Origin: a virus
Lineage: Duplodnaviria; Caudoviricetes
Strand: one strand, 5' to 3'
Virus record (IMG/VR): IMGVR_UViG_3300044842_000203
Coordinates: 32,001-96,000 of that record
Length of the DNA: 64,000 bases
Part shown: one piece after another, positions 34,485 through 44,076 of the stretch
Layout of the letters: each line of letters begins with the position of its first letter
Numbering within the stretch: position 1 is the stretch's first letter
The notes under the pieces: generated by a model
Databases searched by the model: none
What the model was told of the DNA's origin: nothing
Seen by the model: only the letters and a program-made list of their open reading frames with translations
Translations under genes and position numbers: made by a program

Positions 34485-34858
34485 TGCCGAAGACCACACC
34501 CTGCGTCTGCGTCGGCGGATCAAACCACTGATGCCCGCACTCCCAGCACTTCAGCTGCCAACGCCGGCCATCCCCACACAACTCGATCAACGGCGAGCCA
34601 TACACCGCACACGACGGACACGTCTGAAACGGCTCAATCACCGGCGCATGCGGTGCGGCCTCCATCTCCCGCCGCACCCGCTCCCGCGCATCCAGCCGCG
34701 CCGCCCGCCACGCCCACCAACCCAGCACCGTCACCACAAACACAACCAGCGCCCCCAGAAACGGCCAGCCCGCATCCGCGGCAAAAATCGCCACAACACC
34801 CAGTGCAACCAGCACCACCCAGCGGGCAGCGTTCATGCGCGGTGGTCGCACCAGCACC

Positions 34859-35227
34859 TCACTCAACAACGTCGCCGAACATCTCAATGAAGACGAGATC
34901 CGAACCCGGCCGGTAAATACCGGGAGTCCCCAGCCAGTAGCGCATTTCAAACGGTGGGGCCAGCGCCAACGCCGCCTCCTCACCGAACGTCGCCGCGGTA
35001 CGCAGCTGCAAAATCTGCCCGTACTGCGACTTTGTGAGCCCCTTGACGCGCTCCCGAATGTCGGAGGCCTGCATGCCCCGATCCAGCATCAACCAGACCG
35101 CGCACAGCTTCTCCGCATCCGACAAGGGCCGATCCGGTATCTGGAACTCGATGACGCGCAGCACCCGAGCCCAGTCCGGCTCAATGCACTCCTGCTCTGT
35201 TGCTTCTACCTCCATGGCGGCAGTCAT
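34859..35227 (-). CDS. Hypothetical protein, possibly HTH-like
   Basis: GTTCCGG leader and GAGGAG RBS; LSDAEKLCAVWLMLDRGMQASDIRERV. Confidence 0.55.
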   Translation of the reverse strand: MTAAMEVEATEQECIEPDWARVLRVIEFQIPDRPLSDAEKLCAVWLMLDRGMQASDIRERVKGLTKSQYGQILQLRTAATFGEEAALALAPPFEMRYWLGTPGIYRPGSDLVFIEMFGDVVE

Positions 35228-35978
35228 TGCCGTCTCCTCTCTATCGGGTTGACCGGAACCAGGTCATTTCAGTTGGGCAGTACGCCGGGCACACATACGG
35301 TGAATCGCCCGGCGGAGTTGATAGGTGGACCGACCACTGCAAGCGTGCGCGGATGCAGCCGCGGGCCAGTCACAAACGCCTGACGCTGCGCGGCGGAAGC
35401 GACCATTGCGTTGCGGTCGGTGCCGTGATCAACCAGCCACCACTGGCCTTGCCACCACGAGTAGACGCGGTACTCCTTGAGCATCGCGGCCATGCTGCGG
35501 GCGTAATCCTTGACCATGCCCTTATTCGGCTGGGTGTCCCTCATAGCGGCCACCACGCCCAGCGGCACCACGCCCGGAAACACAGCTCGTCGAGCACGGT
35601 CAAACCGAGCATGGTGATCGCCCACAGTTGCCAAAAGCTCATCGGTTCGACCTCCACCACAACCAGCAGTCATAGCCCCAATACAGGGCAGTGATGATTC
35701 CCAGAAACGCGAAAACCTGTTGATAGCTCATGGGTGAAACGCCTCCCCCCGCTGCCACTGCCGGTCGTACCAGCGGTAGTAAGCGATCTTCGGGCCGAGA
35801 TCGGCCAGTAGCCACGTGGCCAACATCAGTGCCCAGTCCACCGCGGCGTCGAGATCGGTAGGCGCCGGGCCGAGGAGCCACGACCACAGGGCAATCGAGC
35901 CAACCAGTGTGGCCAGCGTCCACCAGCCACCCGCGCGGCGGGCGAACCTGCCGTGCGGAAACGGCGCGTACCGGGGGA

Positions 35979-36461
35979 TCACGCGCGCCTCAGCAGTTCG
36001 ACCGCGTCGTTGATGGCCTTGCTGGATTCGCGCTGAGCCACCGCACGCACCACAAGCTGGTCATCCACACTGACGTGGTAGATGTCGTCGTGTTGTGGGC
36101 GTGAGCATCGCCCGTACAGCCACCGACCGTTCTCCCACCAGGTCAGAGTCGCCGAACAGCGCGGTTCATCGTCTCCGAGAGGAAGCCGAATCCCACCGCA
36201 GTAGTCGCCGGGGGTGAGGTTGAAGTACAGCTCGCGCACATGCGCCTCGTGCACGGCCAGTGCCTCGTCGAGCCGGTCACGCAAATCGCGAATACGCTGC
36301 CGTCCACCCGGTGCGGAAGGGTCAAACATAAGGTAAGTCGCGGGGCCATCGACGAGCACCAGATTGGGCTCTTCCTCCGCCCATCGCTCAATATAGACGT
36401 GGTATTCCTGACCCTCGCCATCAATCAGGGGGACATTCCCCACCTGCGTTCTCGTCGCCAT
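35979..36461 (-). CDS. Hypothetical protein
   Basis: Downstream of motif promoter 36491-36514. Confidence 0.55.
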   Translation of the reverse strand: MATRTQVGNVPLIDGEGQEYHVYIERWAEEEPNLVLVDGPATYLMFDPSAPGGRQRIRDLRDRLDEALAVHEAHVRELYFNLTPGDYCGGIRLPLGDDEPRCSATLTWWENGRWLYGRCSRPQHDDIYHVSVDDQLVVRAVAQRESSKAINDAVELLRRA

Positions 36462-36490
36462 GTTGGGCTACCTTCACTCGAAAAGTCGGA

Positions 36491-36514
36491 CCGGAACAGG
36501 GTGCCAGGGTACCA
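36491..36514 (-). promoter_or_regulatory. GTTCCGG-motif promoter
   Basis: TGG-TACCCT-N8-GTTCCGG. Confidence 0.7.
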
Positions 36515-36806
36515 TGGAACCAGCCGTTGCGGTCAACGCGTGCCACCCAGTCGGAAACACTGATCACAGGCAGGTACGGGCGACCCCGCGAGTCCCGCGG
36601 CCAGCCACTGGGCAATAGGCCAAGCATGTCGAGTAGCGCCACCCGATCCGCTTCATCCGGGCAGGTGCGGATCACTCTGCGTGCCGCGATAGCCCGATGC
36701 CGGGCAAGCTCGGCCTCCGCCGCGGAAGTCCGTCGAGGAGACCCATCTTCCGGAAGTGCGCCCCGCAAAGGTGGTGTGCCCATCCGCCCCCCCGGCATGT
36801 TGCCCC

Positions 36807-39800
36807 CTATGTCGCTGCCGTCTCCAAAGCAGGCGCACCATCGGCGATGAACTGCACCCGGCCATCGCGGTGGTTGATCCGGCCGCGCAACACGATGATC
36901 GCGTCCTCGGCCAGGTCCGCACCGAACTTGGTGTAAGTGCGGGCGAACACGGTCACCTCGATGCTGGCAGCCAAATCCTCCAGGGTGAGTGTCACCCAGG
37001 GTTGACCGTTGCTGTTGTAACGACGCGACAGATTGGCAACCGTTCCACCCACGATCACTTCCTGCCCGTCAGGCAACTCCAGGGCGGTGGCGATGTCGGT
37101 GCAGTCGGCAAGAATCTCCTCCCTGCCCTGCAACGGGTGCCCCGACACGTACAAGCCCAGCATCTCCCGCTCATGAGCCAACCGCTCCATGGAGCCCCAC
37201 TCCGTGTCGGGGATGCGCAACTCCAGACTGCCGTCGACCAGGCCGCCGAACAGGTCCAGCTGCCCGAACTGGGTGCGCTTGCCGCGCTCGCGGGCGCCGC
37301 GCAGTGACGGGCCGCAGATCTCGGCCAGGCCGGCGCGCGGATGCCCCAGGCCGTCGAACGCGCCGGCTTTGATCAGGGACTCGACGGTGCGCGTGTTGGC
37401 CGCGCCCTTGCCGGCGGAGCGGCAAAAATCATGGAAGTCGGCGTAGGGGCGTCCAGCGATGATGTCAGCCACGGCGGCGGCGCCCACGTTCGCGACACTG
37501 GCCAAGCCGGTGCGGATGGCAATGCCCTCAACGGTGAACTCGGCGCGGGAGTGGTTCACATCCGGGGGCAGCACGGTGATACCGAGCCGGCGGGCCTCGG
37601 CCAGGTAGATGCGCGCCCGGTCGTGGTTGTCGGCGGTGGTGGTGAGCAGCGCGGCGAGGTATTCGCACGGGTGGTGGCACTTGAGGTAGGCCGTCCAGTA
37701 GGCGATCAGTCCGTAGGCTGCGGAGTGCGCCCGGTTGAAGGCGTAGCTCGCGAAGGGGATCAGGATCTCCCACAGGGTGGTGATCGCCTCGTCGCTGAAA
37801 CCGTTGGCGCGCATCCCCTCGGTGAACTTGCCGCGTTCTTTGTCGAGCACGGCGAGGATCTTTTTGCCCATGGCTTTGCGCAGCAGGTCAGCGCCGCCCA
37901 TGGTGTAGCCGGCCAGCTGGCGGGCGATCTCGATGACCTGCTCCTGGTACACGATCAGGCCGTAGGTTTCGCCCAGGATTGGTTCGAGGGCGGTGGCGAG
38001 TTCTTTGTGCAGGGGTCGCACGGGTTCGCGCCCGTTTTTGCGGTCGGCGTAGAGCACGTGCGCCTTCTGCCCCATCGGGCCGGGCCGGTACAGGGCCAAG
38101 GCGGCGGAGATGTCTTCAAAGTGGGTGGGGCCCATGCGGCGCAGGAGTTCGCGCATGCCCACCGAGTCGAGTTGGAACACTCCGAGGGTGTCCCCGCGGG
38201 CGATCATCCGATAGGTGGCGGGGTCGGTGAGAGGAATACGGTCCAGGTCCAGGCTGGTGCCGGTACTGGCCTCGATGTTGGCCAGTGCGTGGCGCAGGAT
38301 GGTGAGGTTGCGCAAGCCGAGGAAGTCCATCTTCAGGAGACCGAGGGATTCGCACACCACCATGTCGAACTGGGTGACGATGGCCCCGTCGGAGGGTCGC
38401 TTGAGCAGGGGGATGACGTCGATGAGGGGCCGGGAGGCGACGATGACCCCGGCGGCGTGCACCCCCCACTGGCGGTGCATGCCCTCCAGTTGTTTGGCGA
38501 GGTCGATGATTTCGGCGACCTGCCGGTCGGTTTCGTACAGGGTGCGGACCTGCGCCGCTTCGGCGTAGCGGGGGTGCTCGGGGTTGAAGATGCCGGCTAG
38601 GGGGATGTCCTTGCCCATGATCGGCTCGGGCATGGTTTTGGTGATGCGGTCGGCCAGGGCGTAGCCGGGCTGGCCGTGGATGACTTTGGCGGCGTCTTTG
38701 ACGGCGGCGCGGGATTTGATGGTGGAGTAGGTGACGATCTGCGCCACATGATCCACCCCGTACTTGGTGGCCACGTAGGCGAGCATGTCGTCGCGGCGCT
38801 CATCTTCGAAGTCGAGGTCGACGTCGGGCATGCTGGGGCGCTCGGGATTCAGGAACCGTTCGAACACCAGCTTGTGAGCGAGCGGATCCAGGCCGGTGAT
38901 CCCCAGCGCCCAGGCCACTAGGCTTCCGGCGACGGACCCCCGGCCGGGCCCTACCTGGATGCCTACCTCGTGCGCGTGGCGCACTAAGTCTGCCACCATG
39001 AGGAAGTAGCCCGCGTACCCCATTTTGTTGATCAAATTGAGTTCGTAGTCGAGCTGATCCCAATACTGGGCGTGCGCACCGGGGGTGAGCCGGTCTTTGA
39101 GCCCTTGCCGGGCGCACATCTCCAGGTAGGTGGCCTCGGTGTATTGCTGCGGCACCTCAAACCGGGGCATCAGCGTGCGATCCTCGGTGAAGCTCACCGG
39201 CTCGCAACGCTCGGCGATGAGCAGGGTGTTGTCGCAGGCGCCGGGCAGCTGGTCATCCCACAGGGCGCGCATCTCGGCGGGGGACTTGAGGTAGTAGCCG
39301 TCGCCTTCGAACCGGAACCGGTCGGGTTTGCCCAGCTGCGCCCCGGTTTGGACGCACAACAGGGCGTCGTGGCCTTTCGCGTCGTCGGGCCCCACGTAGT
39401 GCAGGTCGTTGGTGGCTACCGCAGGAAGTGCAAGGCGGTGCATCAAACGCTGTAGATCAGATGCGGTACGGCGCTCAATGTCGGTGCCGTGGTCCATCCA
39501 TTCGACGTAGAAGTTGCCATCGCCGAAGATGTCGCGGTAGTCGGAGGCTGCCTGGCAGGCGGCGTCGAATTTGCCGGCCTGCAACAGGCGCGCCACTTCA
39601 CCGGAGGGGCAGCCGGTGGTGGCGATCAGCCCGTCGGCGCACTCGGCGAGCAGTTCCCGATCGGCGCGGGGCTTGTAGTAGAAGCCTTCCATGAACGAGC
39701 GGGAGGACAGGCGGAACAGGTTGCGCACGCCGGCTTGTGTGGCGGCGAGCAGGGTCATATGGGTGTAGGCCTCACCGGGGTTGGTTTCGTCCAGCGGTGA

Positions 39801-40058
39801 GCCGTCCAGGGTGGTTTTCGACCGGTCGTGGCGTGAACCGGGCGCGAGGTAGCCCTCCATGCCGATGATGGCTTTGATGCCGTGTTTGGCGGCGGTGCGG
39901 GCGAACTCGACGGCGCCGAACACGTTGCCGTGGTCGGTCATCGCCAGCGCGTCCATCCCCAGCTGTTGACAACGTGTGAACAGGGGGCCGAGGCGGGCGG
40001 CGCCGTCGAGCATCGAAAAAGTCGAGTGGACATGTAGGTGGGTGTAGCCGCGGGTCAT
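36807..40058 (-). CDS. dnaE: DNA polymerase III alpha subunit
   Basis: PHP domain HLHVHSTFSMLDGAA/TDHGN, GPGRGS.AGS, FERFLNPERPSMPDVDLDF, KMDFLGLRNL, YAFNRAH, C-terminal OB fold. Confidence 0.97.
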   Translation of the reverse strand: MTRGYTHLHVHSTFSMLDGAARLGPLFTRCQQLGMDALAMTDHGNVFGAVEFARTAAKHGIKAIIGMEGYLAPGSRHDRSKTTLDGSPLDETNPGEAYTHMTLLAATQAGVRNLFRLSSRSFMEGFYYKPRADRELLAECADGLIATTGCPSGEVARLLQAGKFDAACQAASDYRDIFGDGNFYVEWMDHGTDIERRTASDLQRLMHRLALPAVATNDLHYVGPDDAKGHDALLCVQTGAQLGKPDRFRFEGDGYYLKSPAEMRALWDDQLPGACDNTLLIAERCEPVSFTEDRTLMPRFEVPQQYTEATYLEMCARQGLKDRLTPGAHAQYWDQLDYELNLINKMGYAGYFLMVADLVRHAHEVGIQVGPGRGSVAGSLVAWALGITGLDPLAHKLVFERFLNPERPSMPDVDLDFEDERRDDMLAYVATKYGVDHVAQIVTYSTIKSRAAVKDAAKVIHGQPGYALADRITKTMPEPIMGKDIPLAGIFNPEHPRYAEAAQVRTLYETDRQVAEIIDLAKQLEGMHRQWGVHAAGVIVASRPLIDVIPLLKRPSDGAIVTQFDMVVCESLGLLKMDFLGLRNLTILRHALANIEASTGTSLDLDRIPLTDPATYRMIARGDTLGVFQLDSVGMRELLRRMGPTHFEDISAALALYRPGPMGQKAHVLYADRKNGREPVRPLHKELATALEPILGETYGLIVYQEQVIEIARQLAGYTMGGADLLRKAMGKKILAVLDKERGKFTEGMRANGFSDEAITTLWEILIPFASYAFNRAHSAAYGLIAYWTAYLKCHHPCEYLAALLTTTADNHDRARIYLAEARRLGITVLPPDVNHSRAEFTVEGIAIRTGLASVANVGAAAVADIIAGRPYADFHDFCRSAGKGAANTRTVESLIKAGAFDGLGHPRAGLAEICGPSLRGARERGKRTQFGQLDLFGGLVDGSLELRIPDTEWGSMERLAHEREMLGLYVSGHPLQGREEILADCTDIATALELPDGQEVIVGGTVANLSRRYNSNGQPWVTLTLEDLAASIEVTVFARTYTKFGADLAEDAIIVLRGRINHRDGRVQFIADGAPALETAAT

Positions 40059-40288
40059 CAGTCATCCCCCGTGTAGAAATTGCTTTGACCACGTGGACAA
40101 CCTTCCCGCAGGGTTGCAAATCCACGCCGCACGCTGGCCTCGGTATCGCCGTAAATCTCTGCTCTGTTACCGCAGCGCCCGCATTCGACTCGGACGCTCT
40201 CTATTTCAGTAGTCACTTCCTCGCCATCATCGTTTGTATAACTGCTCTCTAACGTTATGGGCGTCACTTCACAGTAGATCCGAGCCAT
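40058..40288 (-). CDS. Small Cys-containing protein
   Basis: CGRCG...CP; coupled to the dnaE start. Confidence 0.55.
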   Translation of the reverse strand: MARIYCEVTPITLESSYTNDDGEEVTTEIESVRVECGRCGNRAEIYGDTEASVRRGFATLREGCPRGQSNFYTGDD

Positions 40289-40837
40289 TAGTCTCCTCCT
40301 CGCCGGGTTGGGTCCACAGTCCGAACGGAGTTTGCGCCGCGATCTCGCACGCCTCCGTCAAGCACCAGGCGCGCACAGTGAGCCGATACGGCTGCGCCTC
40401 GGGGTCGGGCTCGCAGTCGTAGTAATTCGGGTCGCCCTCAATCTGGTAGGCGCCCTGGACAGTCACGGCGAAGTGGAATTGGTGACCGGCGGCGGATCCG
40501 AGATCAGCGGCCATTACACGTGGTCCCGGTCGTATTCGGCGATGTGTTCCGCGCACAGGTCAACGAAATACTCCATGTCGGCGGGCGCAGAAGCGGCGGT
40601 CATGACAGCCACAGTGCGGTGGCCGGCGTAGTCCCGGCCGCACACCACGCCCTCAACGACGCGCAGGCAAATTCTCATGAGTGGTGTTTCACTCCCCAGT
40701 GGTAGATGCCGGCGATGAGTAGACCGCTGGCGAGCACGCTGACCGGGTCGACGCCGTAAATGCCGAACTGTTGGCCGATCCAGTCGAGTATCTGGCCGGC
40801 GATGTTGGCGAGCTGGATGGGCACCTGCTCCATCGGT

Positions 40838-41428
40838 TCACCCCCACTCGGGGCCGTTAGCCAGGGCGTCGGCCACAGTGAAACGGTTGACCGTCACGCG
40901 GGGAGCTTCGCGGCGGGCGATGGCGAGCGCGTCGTCGAGGGTGTGGCGGTAGCGTTCCAGGAACTCGTCGGTGCGGTTGCTTGAGCTAGGTTCAAACTGC
41001 CGGTGCCCGTTTTTGTCGAGGCACATGCCGTTGCGGATGACAGCCCACATGCCCTCACCGCGGTATTCAACGTCGACCACGAAGTGTCGCCACGCCTTGA
41101 AGTGGGGCGGGAGGGCGCACACCTCGTAGCGGGTGGGCTGGACGTAGGTGCCGCCGTTGCGCAGCTGCGCGCAGATGTCATCGGCGGTTTCGTCGTTACG
41201 GGCGCCGATATGCCAGCTGACGTTGGATTCGATGGGGCCGGCGTTGGGCTCCTCACCAGTCATGTCGTAGACGGTGCCCCAACCGTAGGGGGTGGACACG
41301 ATCCAGCGGGCGCGGCATTTACCGTCTGGGCTGGGCTCGGGCTGACCGAAGCAGGCCACGAGGTCGTCGTAGCTGGCGTGCACGAAGCCGCGCAGGCTGG
41401 TGCCGATGATGCGGGGATCGGCTGGCAT
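40838..41428 (-). CDS. Two-module actinophage hypothetical protein
   Basis: Motif promoter and GAGGAG; TRYEVCALP...VEYRG..WAV...EPSSSNRTDEFL.RYR module. Confidence 0.65.
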   Translation of the reverse strand: MPADPRIIGTSLRGFVHASYDDLVACFGQPEPSPDGKCRARWIVSTPYGWGTVYDMTGEEPNAGPIESNVSWHIGARNDETADDICAQLRNGGTYVQPTRYEVCALPPHFKAWRHFVVDVEYRGEGMWAVIRNGMCLDKNGHRQFEPSSSNRTDEFLERYRHTLDDALAIARREAPRVTVNRFTVADALANGPEWG

Positions 41429-41446
41429 GGTGTCTCCTCACGTGAG

Positions 41447-41469
41447 CCGGAACACCACGCAGCATACCA
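41447..41469 (-). promoter_or_regulatory. GTTCCGG-motif promoter
   Basis: TGG-TATGCT-N7-GTTCCGG. Confidence 0.75.
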
Positions 41470-41749
41470 CGCTACATGTGGAGCATGGCCGCCATCCGCT
41501 CGATGAATCCGCGGGACTCCTCAAGCATGTCCAGTGCCTCAGCCAGTCGGCACGCGGGGCAGGACTTCACCACCGACGACAGTGACGACGGGCCCACCGC
41601 AGCCACCCACACGCCCTCGCCGAACTGCGCGGTTGCTGTCGTGTGGATAGTGATGCCGCCCTTGCCGCTGCATAGCCAGCACGGGGGCGACGGCTTGCGC
41701 CTCTCGGCCGGGCCGGCAAGTTGCTCCGTGTCCTCACGTAGGCGTCGTT

Positions 41750-42325
41750 TCACGCGTGTTCCCCCACGAGTTGGCCAGCGGCGGCGCGGATCATCGCAAC
41801 ACACGGGTGCTCGGGTGCTTCGACGTAGGGGGCGATGAATCGCTCGTGCATCTTCCGGATCACGGTCTCGCCCACATAGCTGCCGCCAGTGTCGCGCCAG
41901 TAGTCCCGCTGGATGCAGATCTCCAGGGGCACGCGGGTGAAATCTTGTGCCAAGGGGATGGCGCCCGCGTTGGTGGCGACCTTGAGTAGGCGTTCCAGGT
42001 AGATCGGGTTGAGGTTGGTGTCGTCGCAGATGACGTGCACGCCACCGGATAGGAGCATATGCATCTGCTGGTATTGCAGGGTCGTGATGACGTCCTCGAT
42101 CTCGGGGATCGGGGGTCGACCGTAGATGGCATCAAGCATCATGCGCCGGTAGTCATCACGGTTGGTGCGCCACAGTTTCCCGCGATGACCTTGGGCGAAC
42201 GCCTGGTAGAGCTGTTGGGTGGCCCAGTAGGTTTTGCCCGACGCCGGCAGCCCGACGCAGATCACCAACTGCGGTCGCGGTTGATCATGCACGATTGTGG
42301 GGATGTCGACGGGGGTTGCGGCCAT
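41750..42325 (-). CDS. AAA_33 / polynucleotide-kinase-like P-loop kinase
   Basis: GLPASGKT, NRDDYR, VICDDTNL, VPLEICIQRD..R. Confidence 0.85.
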   Translation of the reverse strand: MAATPVDIPTIVHDQPRPQLVICVGLPASGKTYWATQQLYQAFAQGHRGKLWRTNRDDYRRMMLDAIYGRPPIPEIEDVITTLQYQQMHMLLSGGVHVICDDTNLNPIYLERLLKVATNAGAIPLAQDFTRVPLEICIQRDYWRDTGGSYVGETVIRKMHERFIAPYVEAPEHPCVAMIRAAAGQLVGEHA

Positions 42326-42841
42326 GCAGGATTGTCCTTCGGATCGGGCAACGGGGCGCCGTCGCAGCACGGTGTGTGAAACATGCACTGCGGGCACTGC
42401 CAGCGACACGCAATGGGGTCGAAGCGGTACCCGCAGCCTTCACGCGGACAAGTGATCACTTCTCCGCTTTCGTGGCAGAGTAGCCAGTAATCATATTGCC
42501 GGTCACGACAACCTGATCACCCGGCTTGCCACCATTAGCGATGTATTCCCTAATAGCCGGATCATGGGGACTGGGCTGCTTCGGATCAGCCGTGGTCACC
42601 GTTGCCATCTTCACACCTCCCTCCCATTAGCCACCCACACATCAACCTCTTGTTTCGTGGGCCAGTGAGTGAACTGCCCGTTCCGATACAGATATATCAC
42701 GTACTCTTGCCGGTCCTCCAGGAAACGCACCCGGTTATTCAGAAGACGCCCCCATAAGATCAACATAAGAATGGCGCCAACCTCAACCAATTCAAGTATT
42801 GCATTACCAAAGTCGATAGTGTGCGTGAAACCCACAACGCC

Positions 42842-43225
42842 TCACCCCTCAGCAGCGTCGATCACCACAGGCTGCACCGGCACCCGGTGGTTCGAGTTCT
42901 GAGCTGCATCAATCGCCTCCGGCTCGTACACGTCAGGCTCATCCCGCCACACCAATCCCATCGCCGCGAGCACCGTGGCCCCAGCGATGAACGCGTCAGC
43001 GAAATTCAGAACCATCCACCCGTGCTCGCCCGTGTACCAGCGCAACAAACCGAACACCATGAACATGGCCGCAGTCCAACCATAGGCCTTAGCCAAGGTA
43101 GTCAATCGAGCCGAAGGGATCTCTTGCTGCCACACCAAACCGATGAGCCCGGCGCACCCAATCGGTAAACCGATGAGCGCAAAAATCTGATTAACTAGCA
43201 AAATGATGTGCGTGAGTGGCTGCAT
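42842..43225 (-). CDS. Membrane protein
   Basis: Three hydrophobic helices; within a cluster of membrane ORFs 42611-43623. Confidence 0.55.
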   Translation of the reverse strand: MQPLTHIILLVNQIFALIGLPIGCAGLIGLVWQQEIPSARLTTLAKAYGWTAAMFMVFGLLRWYTGEHGWMVLNFADAFIAGATVLAAMGLVWRDEPDVYEPEAIDAAQNSNHRVPVQPVVIDAAEG

Positions 43226-43239
43226 GTGCTGTGCCTTTC

Positions 43240-43623
43240 CTATTCTCTGACCACCGCAGTGGGATGGTCATCCGGTACTACCGGGAGTGGCGCCGTGGGA
43301 GGCGCCGAACTACGTGACCGCGCTGGCCGGCGCGCGGACTCACGATCAGCAATGGTGATCTGCTCCAAGAGCGCCATATCCCGCTCATGAAACCGATCCG
43401 GATAGTAGGTGTCCATGAAATGCTGGTAGGCGAGAAACAAACCAAACGCGACAAATAGCACCACCACCAGCAAAGTGATGCCGATAATCAGCCCGCGACT
43501 GGCGCCGTCGAACAGCCATGCGCCCGTAGTGCCCGGATCCGGCTTAAGCATCTGATTGCCGATCAACAGTCCGGCCATAGCGATGAGACCTAGAACAGCG
43601 AGGACGGTACCGGTGAGACGCAT
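43240..43623 (-). CDS. Membrane protein
   Basis: Two hydrophobic helices; GAGGAG RBS. Confidence 0.55.
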   Translation of the reverse strand: MRLTGTVLAVLGLIAMAGLLIGNQMLKPDPGTTGAWLFDGASRGLIIGITLLVVVLFVAFGLFLAYQHFMDTYYPDRFHERDMALLEQITIADRESARRPARSRSSAPPTAPLPVVPDDHPTAVVRE

Positions 43624-43967
43624 ACTCGACTCCTCTCCACATCCGGGTGCGGGCCGTAGCCCAAAGCGGGAGCCTGCGTCTGGAGCAGATGCAAAATCAG
43701 CTCCTCACAAGCCCGTTGCAGCGTGGACTCCGAGCCGGCGCCCAACAGGTGCTCGGGCACCTTGTCCTCCAGCCCGTCGGTTTCCAGGCCGGGCCGACCG
43801 TCCCCGCGAAACGCGGGTTTCGTCGACGCCCACATCCACCTTGAGCGGATCTTGTAAACCACGCCGATGGACCGGTCGGAAGGTCGAATGTGCACCCAGT
43901 ATTGGCTGCGCACCGTCGAAGGAACTAGGCGTAGCTGCAACCCATCAACGTCGATCTGGCGGCTCAT
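43590..43967 (-). CDS. Hypothetical protein
   Basis: Motif promoter 43991-44013. Confidence 0.55.
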   Translation of the reverse strand: MSRQIDVDGLQLRLVPSTVRSQYWVHIRPSDRSIGVVYKIRSRWMWASTKPAFRGDGRPGLETDGLEDKVPEHLLGAGSESTLQRACEELILHLLQTQAPALGYGPHPDVERSRVCVSPVPSSLF

Positions 43968-43990
43968 CGGGCCTCAACTCTCACGGTCGG

Positions 43991-44013
43991 TCGGAACACA
44001 CACGACCATACCA
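43991..44013 (-). promoter_or_regulatory. GTTCCGG-motif promoter (variant)
   Basis: TGG-TATGGT-N7-GTTCCGA. Confidence 0.7.
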
Positions 44014-44046
44014 CTAGCCTGCTGGGCGATCATCCCCTTAACGCAA

Positions 44047-44076
44047 CAACCCCCGGTTTTCCAGGCCGGGGGTTGT
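44047..44076. terminator. Hairpin
   Basis: ACAACCCCCGG...CCGGGGGTTGT. Confidence 0.6.

Noticed and set aside
36807-40058. Intein in DnaE
   Set aside because: Length (1083 aa) and continuous motifs leave no room; no C...HN splice signature seen
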